From positions 1 through 64,000 of the IMG/VR virus record IMGVR_UViG_3300032323_000670: a stretch of DNA of 64,000 bases; one strand, written 5' to 3'. Positions 10,633 to 20,325 of the stretch are shown here, piece by piece. Under the pieces are notes generated by a model. The model did no database searches. It was not told where the DNA came from and saw only the letters and a program-made list of their open reading frames with translations. The translations under genes were made by a program, and so were the position numbers. The DNA is from a virus. Each line of letters starts with the position of its first letter. Position 1 is the stretch's first letter.

Positions 10633-10856
10633 TCTTCAGTATTAGGTTCTTCTGGTGGTGTTGGTGGTGTTGCAAGCATCTGACCTACTTTCACTTGTGC
10701 AAATATGGCACGTGCTCTTTGGTCCTCTACGTCTGCAACAAGAGTTTCATATTCTAACTGTGTTTTAAGAAACTGAATTTGCTCTTTGTAGAACTCGGTG
10801 AGTTTAGCTTTTCTTGCAGCCATCTCTTCTTTAGACATTTCTTGTTGGTTTTCCAT
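10629..10856 (-). CDS. Small coiled-coil protein
   Basis: 75 aa, first gene after the promoter at 10880-10910; ATGA overlap with next gene. Confidence 0.7.
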   Translation of the reverse strand: MENQQEMSKEEMAARKAKLTEFYKEQIQFLKTQLEYETLVADVEDQRARAIFAQVKVGQMLATPPTPPEEPNTEE

Positions 10857-10879
10857 GATGTAACTTATTTAGGTTTAAA

Positions 10880-10910
10880 CAAATGTATAGTAAAAAGTTT
10901 AAACTCCAAA
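10880..10910 (-). promoter_or_regulatory. Bacteroidota sigma70-type promoter
   Basis: Minus strand TTTG (10907-10910), 19 nt spacer, TACATTTG (10880-10887). Confidence 0.65.
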
Positions 10911-10920
10911 CGTTTACATA

Positions 10921-10955
10921 AAAAAAATACCCAGGTACTTTTACCCAGGTACTTA
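10921..10955 (-). terminator. Intrinsic terminator
   Basis: GTACCTGGGTA-AAAG-TACCTGGGTAT hairpin (with GU pairs) followed by a T run on the minus strand. Confidence 0.65.
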
Positions 10956-10982
10956 ACCTAAATCATATTAACTGTATAAGAG

Positions 10983-11336
10983 TTAAGCTCGTTTACCGTC
11001 TTCTTCTCTCTTAGCTTTTATATATCCTGTTAACTCCGCAATGTTAGTACTCAATTGAGTCATATGCGTAGTAAGGTTATCCATCTTTAGATCAAGCTTC
11101 TCGTGAGCAGCTTTTTGATCTTCTTTTAGTATTTCCATTCTATTATAGATACTTGTTTCTTTAGCCATAAGATCACTTTCTAGAGACACCATATCTCCAC
11201 CAAGCTTGTCTACTTTACCTTTTAACTTACCTAGCTCTTGCTTAAGAGCGTAGTATGCTGATAGTCCTGATCCTATTGTCATTGCTATCCAGATTACATC
11301 TTTGGTGCTAAACATCCATGCTTCTGCTGATCCCAT
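10983..11336 (-). CDS. Membrane-anchored coiled-coil protein
   Basis: One N-terminal TM segment (VIWIAMTIGSGLSAYYAL) plus heptad repeats. Confidence 0.65.
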   Translation of the reverse strand: MGSAEAWMFSTKDVIWIAMTIGSGLSAYYALKQELGKLKGKVDKLGGDMVSLESDLMAKETSIYNRMEILKEDQKAAHEKLDLKMDNLTTHMTQLSTNIAELTGYIKAKREEDGKRA

Positions 11337-11348
11337 TTCTAATTTCTT

Positions 11349-11660
11349 TTATGGCTGAATTTCTATTGTTTCTTCTTTTATAGAGTAACCAGCAAACGCG
11401 TGTTTAGGATTAACTGGCTCTACTATAAAGATACTAAAATCTACGTCTTGTACACACATAATATCGTAACAATATCCTGGTAAAGGTTGTGGTACTTCTT
11501 GGTCATCATATAGCACACCTATCTCAACAATAGCTTGCACTCCTTCTCCGTAGATAAGGGTTGTTTCACCGTCAATCTCTTGTTCTACATAAATGCCTTT
11601 AGCTAATAGCTCTGCTATTGCCTCGGTCTTATCTGCAAATACTAATTTATATATGTTCAT
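11349..11660 (-). CDS. Small acidic protein, probable fibre chaperone
   Basis: MNIYKL start overlaps the stop of the 619-aa fibre gene; PVNPKHAFAG C-terminal motif. Confidence 0.55.
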   Translation of the reverse strand: MNIYKLVFADKTEAIAELLAKGIYVEQEIDGETTLIYGEGVQAIVEIGVLYDDQEVPQPLPGYCYDIMCVQDVDFSIFIVEPVNPKHAFAGYSIKEETIEIQP

Positions 11661-13516
11661 AATGTTGTAAGTTGAATACATTCTGCGTCTGATAGCGGGG
11701 TAGGGAACAACATCATTGAGTTGAATACTTTTGTAGCTTGCCCGCCATTGTTAATAAAATTTAAAGCCGTTTCAGTAAATGCAGTAGCTGATATAACTTT
11801 AACTCCGTTTGCAAATACGTCAGCAGTTGTGCCGTTCCATTTGATAGCCACCTTTAGATTTGTTGTAGTTGAATCCCAAATATTGGTAGATACTCCGCCT
11901 GTTCTTTTTATTAGTCTCAATCTTGAAGCAAAGGCAGCATCGGTTGCAAATCTAAAAAATGCGCCTGTGAAATTTCCGAACTCGCTCAACATAAAGAAAT
12001 CTCCTGCTGCTTGCGATTGAATAGGCACGTTGTTTCTAAAGTCAACAAACCAAGTCCCCCCGCTTGCGGTAATTAAGTTATTGGTGAAGACATTAGTTCT
12101 ATTAATTACATCTGCATTCCTCGTCACACTTGCGGTAGTAGTTGGAATATACGTAGTTGCATATGCACCCGCTTCGATTTGTGCGCCCCAAATAGCCACA
12201 TTTCCCACAAATGTTTGCGATCTAAATGCAACAAGTATAGCCGAAGTTACTGCGGTAAATGTGTAGGTAAATCTTTGCCAATCAGTGGTAGGTATAAAAG
12301 TAGAACTTGTATTTACCCCGTCAAGCGTTAAATTAAATCTCGTTGTTCCACTTCCACTTAATACCTTTACCCATATACTTACAGTATAAGTACCGGCAGA
12401 CAATGTATTAGGAGCAATAACTCTACTTGTACTCCCTGTTATGGACACTGTATCTGCGTCTTGAACTCCACTTGGTGAGATAGTTGTATTAGCAGTTATA
12501 GTTGCATCTACTTTAGTCCAACTTGCATTATCAAACTCTTGACTATATAAAGCTAAGTTTGTCCTCTGCGGTTCAAGTAATATATTAGGACATCCTCCAA
12601 GAGAGTAGTCAATACGCGGTACGTCTTGTCTATCTGTAGTAGTAAAGTACTCCAAGGCTGATGAGCCTTCGACTAACTGAGCGCCCCAAATGTAGATACC
12701 TGAAGTGCCATCACCTAAATATGACGGAGATGTTAAATTTCCATTTAATGCAGGAAATATAAAAGAAGTAATACTTGAAGCATTTACAGATGTAGCTGTT
12801 ATAGATAATCTGTACCAACCATTATTTAAACTAACTACACTTCCTGATACATTTGAATATGTGCCATAAGTTCCTATTAATTGACCTGTAGATAAATTAA
12901 TAACGGCACTTGCAGAATCTAATTCTCCATTTTCAGCAATTCTAATTTGTGCAAATGTTCTTTCTTTGGCTTTTAAATAGCAACTAAAAGTATATTGAAT
13001 AGGAGTACTTGACTTGCTAAGACTTTGAAAAACCCTATGCGTTGCATTACTTGTATCTTCAATTAATGTAGTAGCTGTTAAGTCTCCATAAGGAGAAATT
13101 GCCGTATTTGGCAACACACTTGTTCTGCTTTTAGTCCAAGCGGGCAAATCAAACTGCTCACTAGATCTAAGTAAATTCCAAGGTGTTCTCTGTATTAACC
13201 CTTGCGAGTTAGTACGCCACGCGTCAGTAGCTCTTGAGAATACTAGATCCCCTAATGTACTATTAGCTGGTACATCCGCATATACTGCATTCTCTGAGAA
13301 AGAAGACGGGTTAATTACAAGAGATGCTTTATTTAAAAGAGCAGTTTCATTTAATCTATTTAGAGCAAGGTACGAGCATCCTTCCGCTTCAGATAATCCG
13401 TTATTATCAAGAGACTTCTTTACTGTACCCAGTGATAAAGTTTTGGGCAAGTTAAAGCTAACCTGAGTATCACAGCCAGCATCTAGTTTTTCTACAAAAT
13501 TTATATTTGTAGCCAT
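11657..13516 (-). CDS. Fibre/spike protein with duplicated carbohydrate-binding-like domains
   Basis: Two repeats NL(LR/AL)xS(E/Q)(Q/E)FD..W ... IWGAQ(L/I)..G; T/S-rich beta composition. Confidence 0.7.
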   Translation of the reverse strand: MATNINFVEKLDAGCDTQVSFNLPKTLSLGTVKKSLDNNGLSEAEGCSYLALNRLNETALLNKASLVINPSSFSENAVYADVPANSTLGDLVFSRATDAWRTNSQGLIQRTPWNLLRSSEQFDLPAWTKSRTSVLPNTAISPYGDLTATTLIEDTSNATHRVFQSLSKSSTPIQYTFSCYLKAKERTFAQIRIAENGELDSASAVINLSTGQLIGTYGTYSNVSGSVVSLNNGWYRLSITATSVNASSITSFIFPALNGNLTSPSYLGDGTSGIYIWGAQLVEGSSALEYFTTTDRQDVPRIDYSLGGCPNILLEPQRTNLALYSQEFDNASWTKVDATITANTTISPSGVQDADTVSITGSTSRVIAPNTLSAGTYTVSIWVKVLSGSGTTRFNLTLDGVNTSSTFIPTTDWQRFTYTFTAVTSAILVAFRSQTFVGNVAIWGAQIEAGAYATTYIPTTTASVTRNADVINRTNVFTNNLITASGGTWFVDFRNNVPIQSQAAGDFFMLSEFGNFTGAFFRFATDAAFASRLRLIKRTGGVSTNIWDSTTTNLKVAIKWNGTTADVFANGVKVISATAFTETALNFINNGGQATKVFNSMMLFPTPLSDAECIQLTTL

Positions 13517-13518
13517 AA

Positions 13519-13719
13519 TTATACTTGGTTATAAATTGCAAATGCTGTACTAGAATCTTCTTCAAGTAAAGCTATGAATCTTTCTATATTTATAGGATCC
13601 TGGAAATCTGTAAGCATCTTATCATACGCTAGTTCTGTAGAATCTAGCATAAAGATAAACTTATCTGTTTTTAACTCCATAAGAGTTGTTCCTTCTACTG
13701 GTAAATATGTGTATTTCAT
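13519..13719 (-). CDS. Small hypothetical protein (MKYTYLP start)
   Basis: ATG start downstream of the previous gene; fills the gap in the operon. Confidence 0.55.
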   Translation of the reverse strand: MKYTYLPVEGTTLMELKTDKFIFMLDSTELAYDKMLTDFQDPINIERFIALLEEDSSTAFAIYNQV

Positions 13720-13729
13720 TGTTATAAAT

Positions 13730-14512
13730 TTATCTAGCAATCCAACCAAATGTAAGAATACCTGAACTTGTAGCGTTAGACTGTACAGCTCTTATACTTA
13801 TATTACTACCATTTGTAACAAGTACAAAAAATATAAAAGTATATATTCCAGCTGCACTGCCCGCTGGTATCGTATAAACAGGGGGTAAAGCATTACCGTT
13901 AACCATTAAGGATAATGCCATTGAACCTGTCATTGTACCGGCTGTTCTAACATATACATTTTGTAAAGCACCTTGTGAAAGAGTTACGGGTACAGATCTA
14001 TTTGTTTCTGTTGTATTGGAAGTACTTGAACCAATTCCTATAAAATTTGTTCCTACAGGTATAGTTGTTCCATTTAAGTTACCAGCCATGCTGTATCCGT
14101 TATAGGTAGGTACATTTTGACTTGTTTCAAAATTAAAATAACAAGTTGTACCATTTAATGTAGTAGCATCAATACCTACATAGCTCATTGCACCAAAAAG
14201 GACGTATGTTGAAAAATAGCCTGTATTAACTACACTAGTTAGCATTATTAAGTAAGTACCCGATGCTGTAAATATACTAATAGGTTGACCGTTTACAGTA
14301 TTTAAAAAATCAGACATGGCATAACCATCTGCATTGGTTCTGCTTATAACCATTCCGCTAAAGTCTGCACCTCCTTCACCATTATCATAATATAAAAAAA
14401 TAGCCTCTCCTGCTGCAGGTATAGGTGACGGATTAACACCAAACCAAACTGATACATTATACTTAAACCCCGTAGGTACGGACTTAGATACTGTTGTTAT
14501 CTGCGTCCCCAT
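13730..14512 (-). CDS. Beta-rich virion structural protein
   Basis: 260 aa, G/S/T/N-rich, within the fibre cluster. Confidence 0.6.
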   Translation of the reverse strand: MGTQITTVSKSVPTGFKYNVSVWFGVNPSPIPAAGEAIFLYYDNGEGGADFSGMVISRTNADGYAMSDFLNTVNGQPISIFTASGTYLIMLTSVVNTGYFSTYVLFGAMSYVGIDATTLNGTTCYFNFETSQNVPTYNGYSMAGNLNGTTIPVGTNFIGIGSSTSNTTETNRSVPVTLSQGALQNVYVRTAGTMTGSMALSLMVNGNALPPVYTIPAGSAAGIYTFIFFVLVTNGSNISIRAVQSNATSSGILTFGWIAR

Positions 14513-14514
14513 AA

Positions 14515-15354
14515 TTACGCAATTGAGATAATTAATAACTCTCCACCTGCTCCTGTAGCATTGTAAGATACAGAACCTAAAGTATTATTAATAGCTCCTG
14601 CGTCAAAGCTTATTGTTTCACCTGGCTTTAATATAATACCACCAACTGTTGCGTTAATAGTTCCTACATTAGCAAATGACATAGAGTATCTACCTGCTGG
14701 TATAGTACCAGATAATCCCGCAGGTCTTAGGAAAGTAGGAGTTCTTTGAACACCTGTTCCTCCATCTACTGTTAATGAACCTCCACCATCTGAGATATGA
14801 ACATGTCCATTTGAACCCACATCAATAGTTTGCTGAATCCCTCCTGCTGTAACACCCGCTATAACAAAAGATTTTGGAGGTGCAGCAGTCCCATCTGTTC
14901 CTACGCAATCATCTATAAGCTCAACGCTAGTTTGAATACTATCAAGAATAACATTACCCTCTTTAATAGCTCCATATATAAGTGCTAATGCACCAGAAGG
15001 ATCTGTATATACTAAACATCCCGGGGTACCTGCCCCTGGAGGAACCACAGGTGTTGCACTGTCTGGTAGATAATATGTAATTGGACCCCAATCAGATGTA
15101 TCAGGATTCCATACCCTTACCTCTAAGTATACTGTATCATCATTGCAGGTATCTACTACAAACTTAGCTTCATACTCTGTACTAGCTTGAAGTGTAGTAA
15201 GTATTGATGAAAGTAAAAATTCTACATCATCGGTATTAGCATCAATATTTTTAAGTTGATCACAAGTACACTGAAGTCCTTGTAATACTTTTAACTCGTA
15301 GTTAAAGTTAGAGCCTTTATCTCCTTCTTTTGGGTTTCCGTTTCCTAGTGCCAT
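14515..15354 (-). CDS. Virion structural protein (head fibre-like)
   Basis: 279 aa; N-terminal GDKGSNFNYELKVLQGL segment, short coil, G/T-rich C-terminus. Confidence 0.55.
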   Translation of the reverse strand: MALGNGNPKEGDKGSNFNYELKVLQGLQCTCDQLKNIDANTDDVEFLLSSILTTLQASTEYEAKFVVDTCNDDTVYLEVRVWNPDTSDWGPITYYLPDSATPVVPPGAGTPGCLVYTDPSGALALIYGAIKEGNVILDSIQTSVELIDDCVGTDGTAAPPKSFVIAGVTAGGIQQTIDVGSNGHVHISDGGGSLTVDGGTGVQRTPTFLRPAGLSGTIPAGRYSMSFANVGTINATVGGIILKPGETISFDAGAINNTLGSVSYNATGAGGELLIISIA

Positions 15355-15356
15355 AA

Positions 15357-15719
15357 TTAAAATCTTATTTGATAGTGATTACCTATTTCAGCTTCTGAAG
15401 AACCTATTCTATAGTTAATAATACCTGTTGTTTCCTCCTCTGTTACAATAGCATCAACTGCAATAAGCTTGTAGAATTCTCCTTCTTTAACTTCTGGTTT
15501 ATGTTGAGCATATACAGAATCTAATGATACTGTTTCCTCTGCTGTTGCAACTAAAGTAGGATTAGCAAGCATAAAAGCTTTTACTGTTTCTAATAAAGCT
15601 TCTTTTGCTGCAGCATCCTCAGGATTCTCAGATTTTAATAATTCTAACTCTGCTTCAGTGTAAGCATAAGTATTAGGGGTAGTCCATTGACCTTCTATTC
15701 TAGATGTAAATGTTTTCAT
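15357..15719 (-). CDS. Hypothetical acidic protein
   Basis: 120 aa ORF tightly packed in the operon. Confidence 0.7.
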   Translation of the reverse strand: MKTFTSRIEGQWTTPNTYAYTEAELELLKSENPEDAAAKEALLETVKAFMLANPTLVATAEETVSLDSVYAQHKPEVKEGEFYKLIAVDAIVTEEETTGIINYRIGSSEAEIGNHYQIRF

Positions 15720-15721
15720 AA

Positions 15722-17383
15722 TTATATAGTTTGAACTGTTAATCCTGAGTTAATACAAAGAACTGCTTTAGCCACGGGTCCTGGTGTTGTATAAAAACTA
15801 CCATTGGTTTTATGGCAATATAAGGCTTTACCTGTAAGATTAGATGTTGCTGACACATCCATATTACCAAAAGAATCAGCATCGGATACACAATTATAAA
15901 AAGAACCCGAGGCGTTAGGAGTACCTAAAAACACAGAACCAAAAGCATTTCTCCCTGTAGAAATACAACTTACAAAGGTACCTGTAGCATCTTGACTAGC
16001 ACCGCTAGAACTAACTCCAAATGCTACACCTCCTAAAAAACCAGGTTTACCCGATGTGCAATTTGTAAAAATACCTGATGCAAATGAACCAAAACATCTT
16101 TGTCCTGCTCTACAGTTAGTAAATATACCAGCAGTATTTGTACCAGCAAGACTGAAAGGATTAAATCCAAAACTTTCATCACCTGCTTCACAGTTAGTAA
16201 ATATACCAGTGAGACTTCCACTGCCAACTGTAGACCCAAAAGACTGATTTCCTGCTGAGCAATTAATAAATGTACCCTGTAGAGAAAATGTACCTGTTCC
16301 GGCAGCACCACTTATATAACCAAATGATTGACCGGGAGTAAAACCAAAACCTCTAGTTTTACAATTGGTAAATACACTTCGCGTGTTTATACTAACGGTA
16401 CCTGTGCCATTATTATTACTTGATGTGCAAAAAGAGCTATTTCCGTTAATAGTACTACAATCTGTAAAAATAGTATCAAATATAATACAAGTTCTAGTGA
16501 CGGCACCAAATGAGGTAGCGCCAGCTGTACAATTTCTAAATGTACTCGATTGTATATAAACATCAATATTATTAGGTGATGATACACTACCAAATGAAAA
16601 GGCGTTCGCTGTACAGTTTTCAAAATTACCCTGAATAATTAAAGGAAAAGTTCCTGATAAAATAATAGGATTTTGCGGTGGCAAAATAACATTTGGAGGT
16701 AAAAAACCTGTTTCCATAGCACACCCAAATGATAAAAAACCCGCTACGCAGTTTTTAAATGATCCAGATATAGTAATAGCTGCACCAAATGAATAATCAC
16801 CTGCTAGACAGTTTTCAAAATAAGCGGTAACATTATAGTTAGTATCACTTCCTAATAATATTTGACCATAGTTACCAAGACCTACTGATGGTGCACTTTG
16901 TGTATTCAGTCCCTTATAAGTACCGTAATTACCACCAACTGAAAATGTGCTAATAACAACATCTGGCTCTCCTGTTAGAGAAATCATGTTAATGTAATCG
17001 CCCGTAAGTTCCCATCCATAGGTAGCATTATAAGCGCGCATGTCATAAGTACCCGGGCCTATGATTACACTAAATTCATTACCCTGACCTCTAGGATTAC
17101 CATAAGGTGTTGAAGCTAATGCTACATCATATGCTGCTTTAAGTTCTGCACCGTTTACAGTAGGATCATCGCTATTTCCTGTTACAAAGATGTATGATTC
17201 ACCTTGAAGACCACCTATAGCTTTTGCAAAGTCTTCTACAGTCATACCATATGACTGGTATTTATCTCCGCGTTTAGCGAATGATACATTGCTACCTAGA
17301 ATAACAAGATCTTGTGCAGGATCTTGTACTTCTTTTTTTATTAGTCTGTTTTTGAGTAAGTATACCCAGTTTAAAATGTCCAT
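15722..17383 (-). CDS. MDILNW-family structural protein with beta-helix repeats
   Basis: Repeats of GxFxNCxAGxxSFG (pectin-lyase-like); N-terminus shared with the next two genes. Confidence 0.75.
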   Translation of the reverse strand: MDILNWVYLLKNRLIKKEVQDPAQDLVILGSNVSFAKRGDKYQSYGMTVEDFAKAIGGLQGESYIFVTGNSDDPTVNGAELKAAYDVALASTPYGNPRGQGNEFSVIIGPGTYDMRAYNATYGWELTGDYINMISLTGEPDVVISTFSVGGNYGTYKGLNTQSAPSVGLGNYGQILLGSDTNYNVTAYFENCLAGDYSFGAAITISGSFKNCVAGFLSFGCAMETGFLPPNVILPPQNPIILSGTFPLIIQGNFENCTANAFSFGSVSSPNNIDVYIQSSTFRNCTAGATSFGAVTRTCIIFDTIFTDCSTINGNSSFCTSSNNNGTGTVSINTRSVFTNCKTRGFGFTPGQSFGYISGAAGTGTFSLQGTFINCSAGNQSFGSTVGSGSLTGIFTNCEAGDESFGFNPFSLAGTNTAGIFTNCRAGQRCFGSFASGIFTNCTSGKPGFLGGVAFGVSSSGASQDATGTFVSCISTGRNAFGSVFLGTPNASGSFYNCVSDADSFGNMDVSATSNLTGKALYCHKTNGSFYTTPGPVAKAVLCINSGLTVQTI

Positions 17384-17408
17384 GTTTTATCTTTTTTAAT
17401 TATTATAA

Positions 17409-18044
17409 TTATCCTTTTTGTATAGTTACCTCATAGTAACTTACTACACTTGAATCAGCTGCACTAACATTTTGTGTATAGAATATAAAGTACTGATCTA
17501 CTGTCCAGTTTATGTTATATGTAGAAACTGCTGTAGTAGAAACAGAGTCATCATCAAAGCCACCGGTATTGTAAGGAAATACCTCAGTAGAAGTACTTGA
17601 CTTCACAACAAGGGTTCTTGATAATTGAGCAAATGCCGCATTAGCACCTAAAGCAGCAATAGCAATACCACTACCACCTACAGCATCTGATGTGTTTACA
17701 CTTACGTATTGGGCTGCTGTTCCAGCTGTACCAGTTTTTCTACAACGAGTTCTTACAAATATGCTATCTCCTGCTTTTACTGTGTTAGCAGGTATGAGTA
17801 GACTTGTAGATTTAGTTGCTGTAGTAACACCTGTTACGATAGTACCATCAGTAGTACCAATAAACTGTGGGTTAACACCTATTGCTAATGCAAAGTCTGT
17901 AGAAGGCATTGCATAAGATTGATACTTATCTCCACGCTTTTGGTAGGATACATCAGCACCCAACACTAGTAAGTCTTTTGGACTATCTAGTGTGGATCTG
18001 ATTAAGTTCTCCCTCTTTATGCGAAGCCAGTTAAGGATATCCAT
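17409..18044 (-). CDS. MDILNW-family structural protein
   Basis: Shared MDILNW...KRGDKYQSYAM N-terminus; T/S-rich C-domain. Confidence 0.75.
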   Translation of the reverse strand: MDILNWLRIKRENLIRSTLDSPKDLLVLGADVSYQKRGDKYQSYAMPSTDFALAIGVNPQFIGTTDGTIVTGVTTATKSTSLLIPANTVKAGDSIFVRTRCRKTGTAGTAAQYVSVNTSDAVGGSGIAIAALGANAAFAQLSRTLVVKSSTSTEVFPYNTGGFDDDSVSTTAVSTYNINWTVDQYFIFYTQNVSAADSSVVSYYEVTIQKG

Positions 18045-18053
18045 ATTAGTGTA

Positions 18054-18965
18054 TTAAGATGGGTAAATGCGAAGTTCTATAGATGAATTACTTAACAAAC
18101 CGTTAGTTAATACACCTGATGTGTTATAGGTTTTAAGTATAACTGTTCCACCATCCCAGTGTGCTGTTGCATAACCAGCAGTGTTACCATCTTTAGTAAA
18201 GAAAATAACAATTCTACTTGTAGCTATAGTAGTTAGCCCCAATATGTAATAAACACCATCCGTAAAATACTGCCAAGTTGGAAACGGAAAAGATGTAGTA
18301 TTTTCTTTTATTACACTTGTAGGGTTACTTACACCAGACTGAGAAACAAGAGCAACATATCTTTGATATGCACCTGCTCCACCGGCTGCACCTTGAGGAA
18401 TACCTAAGTTTAAAACTTGAACAGGCGAACTTCCCGTAAGAGTTGCAGTAGCGCTAGAACCTGCAGATAATGTAGTTACAGTACCAATAGATAATGCGTT
18501 ACTTGGACCCGCAGGACCAGTTGGACCTTGTAATCCAGTAGCACCAGTAGCTCCTGTTGCACCTTGTGCTGCAAGTAATGCCCAGTTAGTAGGGTCAGCA
18601 TTAGGAGGTGTGGCAGATGGACCTACAGGATCTATACAGAACCATGATGCTCCTGCATAACCCACAGCGTCATCTACAACATAAGATGCTGCAGCAGACC
18701 ATGCGCCTTGCCAGTTTAATCCAGCAGGACCCACAGGACCTAGGGGACCTTGTGGACCAGCTACACCAGCAACTCCCTGAGGACCGGTTGGGCCAGCAGG
18801 TAAAGTAGCAGCAAAGTCATTAATTTCCATAGCGTAGTTCTGATAAAGATCTCCGCGCTTATTGAATCCTACTTTAGCACCAAAGATCATTAAGTCACTA
18901 GGGTTACTAATAGAAGTACGTACAAATTTGTTTTTGGCAAGATAAAGCCAGTTTAGAATGTCCAT
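18054..18965 (-). CDS. MDILNW-family collagen-like protein with CBM5/12-like module
   Basis: GxY triplets flanking WQGAWSAAASYVVDDAVGYAGASWFC. Confidence 0.8.
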   Translation of the reverse strand: MDILNWLYLAKNKFVRTSISNPSDLMIFGAKVGFNKRGDLYQNYAMEINDFAATLPAGPTGPQGVAGVAGPQGPLGPVGPAGLNWQGAWSAAASYVVDDAVGYAGASWFCIDPVGPSATPPNADPTNWALLAAQGATGATGATGLQGPTGPAGPSNALSIGTVTTLSAGSSATATLTGSSPVQVLNLGIPQGAAGGAGAYQRYVALVSQSGVSNPTSVIKENTTSFPFPTWQYFTDGVYYILGLTTIATSRIVIFFTKDGNTAGYATAHWDGGTVILKTYNTSGVLTNGLLSNSSIELRIYPS

Positions 18966-19041
18966 GATTAGATTAGATTAATGGATTAGTATATACTATA
19001 ATATAAGAATAACTTCTATAACTTCAAAATTTAAATGCGAG

Positions 19042-19138
19042 ATATAGAGGGAACACCCTCTTTAAAGCGACCCCGTAGGGTGGCAGCTCTTGTAAGTCTC
19101 CCCGTAGGGAGATATTTCTTAGGTTGTTCCCTCTATAT
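19042..19138 (-). ncRNA. Candidate structured RNA (multi-stem, two cUACGg tetraloops)
   Basis: 14-bp perfect closing stem 19042-19055/19125-19138 enclosing two hairpins that read CCC-TACG-GGG on the minus strand. Confidence 0.55.
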
Positions 19139-19143
19139 ACGCA

Positions 19144-19953
19144 TTATGATATTACTCTACTTATATGATCTGGTGTAAATGCTAAATCAAAGAAGCTACG
19201 TCCTGCATCACTAAGTCCTGTATCACGAAATCTTAGTACTATACTATCGCTCATAGGTCCTATTAAATAAGGTCTCTCAACTGTAGCATTAGGATTATCA
19301 ATAACTATTGCAAACTTAAACTTTTTCTTTTGGCTAGAAAATTTAATCCGTAACGGATCTGTATATATTTCTTTTCTACCTAAAGACACATAATAATTAT
19401 CACTAGGATCCTCCCGAGATCCTAAATTAGTATCAGGTACAGGAAAATCTGCACTTGTTGTCTGTCTTTTGAATCCAGTATCTAGATCCACATACGTACA
19501 CCATTCATATGGATCTAACCCCATATCATTTAAATTAAACCAAGTATATGGTATAGTTGTAGGTAAAACAAACTCTGTATGTCTAAGGATAATAGCATTA
19601 CCGTCAGCTCCAAAATTTCCACTAAATCTATTTATTCCTCCCCACCATTTAACATTACTTCCTGCTAAATGAGTAGGATGAACCATACGTGACGGACGAG
19701 GACTTAGATAACTAGGATCTCCTGGCTCAGATCTTTGTCTTCTACGTCTCTTAGGCATAAACAAAAATACTTTTGGATTCAAAGACTTCCAAGTATCTGT
19801 TTGATAAAAATCCAAAGTTCCTATTGCTTGACCTTTGTGAGCACCTACTCTTATACCAGGTATTTCTATGGCGCCACCCGTACCATTAATTTCACCTGGA
19901 CTAGGTATGGTAAATATATTCTCCGCAAAAAAGTTATTAGGTGGTTGTGCCAT
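19144..19953 (-). CDS. Hypothetical protein
   Basis: 269 aa ORF coupled to the upstream gene. Confidence 0.7.
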   Translation of the reverse strand: MAQPPNNFFAENIFTIPSPGEINGTGGAIEIPGIRVGAHKGQAIGTLDFYQTDTWKSLNPKVFLFMPKRRRRQRSEPGDPSYLSPRPSRMVHPTHLAGSNVKWWGGINRFSGNFGADGNAIILRHTEFVLPTTIPYTWFNLNDMGLDPYEWCTYVDLDTGFKRQTTSADFPVPDTNLGSREDPSDNYYVSLGRKEIYTDPLRIKFSSQKKKFKFAIVIDNPNATVERPYLIGPMSDSIVLRFRDTGLSDAGRSFFDLAFTPDHISRVIS

Positions 19954-20243
19954 TACTTAAGTTTTTTATTATTTCCTTTTCCGTTACGTGCTCTGTTGGT
20001 AGACTTAGTTTCTTTAACTAGTTTACCACCCTTAGTATGAGAAGCATCTTTACCATCTCCATTACCGTAAGTTCCAGCAGCTCTGTTAGCCATATTCAGT
20101 TTAGCTCTGTACTTGTTTCTCTCAGGCGTGCTGTGATACTCTTTGTTATAGGCATTCTTCTTAGCACGAGCTTCTGGGTTAGTAGCAAAGTACTTAGCAG
20201 ATGTGGACTTACCTGTAGATTTTCCAGCTAAACTGTTTCTCAT
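19953..20243 (-). CDS. Small basic HNH-like protein
   Basis: GNGDGKDASH...STNRARNG resembles a minimal phage HNH-type motif; very K/R-rich. Confidence 0.5.
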   Translation of the reverse strand: MRNSLAGKSTGKSTSAKYFATNPEARAKKNAYNKEYHSTPERNKYRAKLNMANRAAGTYGNGDGKDASHTKGGKLVKETKSTNRARNGKGNNKKLK

Positions 20244-20325
20244 ATGATAAAGATATAAAATTTTTTAGGTAAAGTGCTGATTATTAAAATATTTTTCTTA
20301 ATCTTGTATAAGATATACACATCTT

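Noticed and set aside
11657-18965. Diversity-generating retroelement acting on the fibre genes
   Set aside because: No reverse transcriptase and no adenine-variable TR/VR repeat pair seen in the window.
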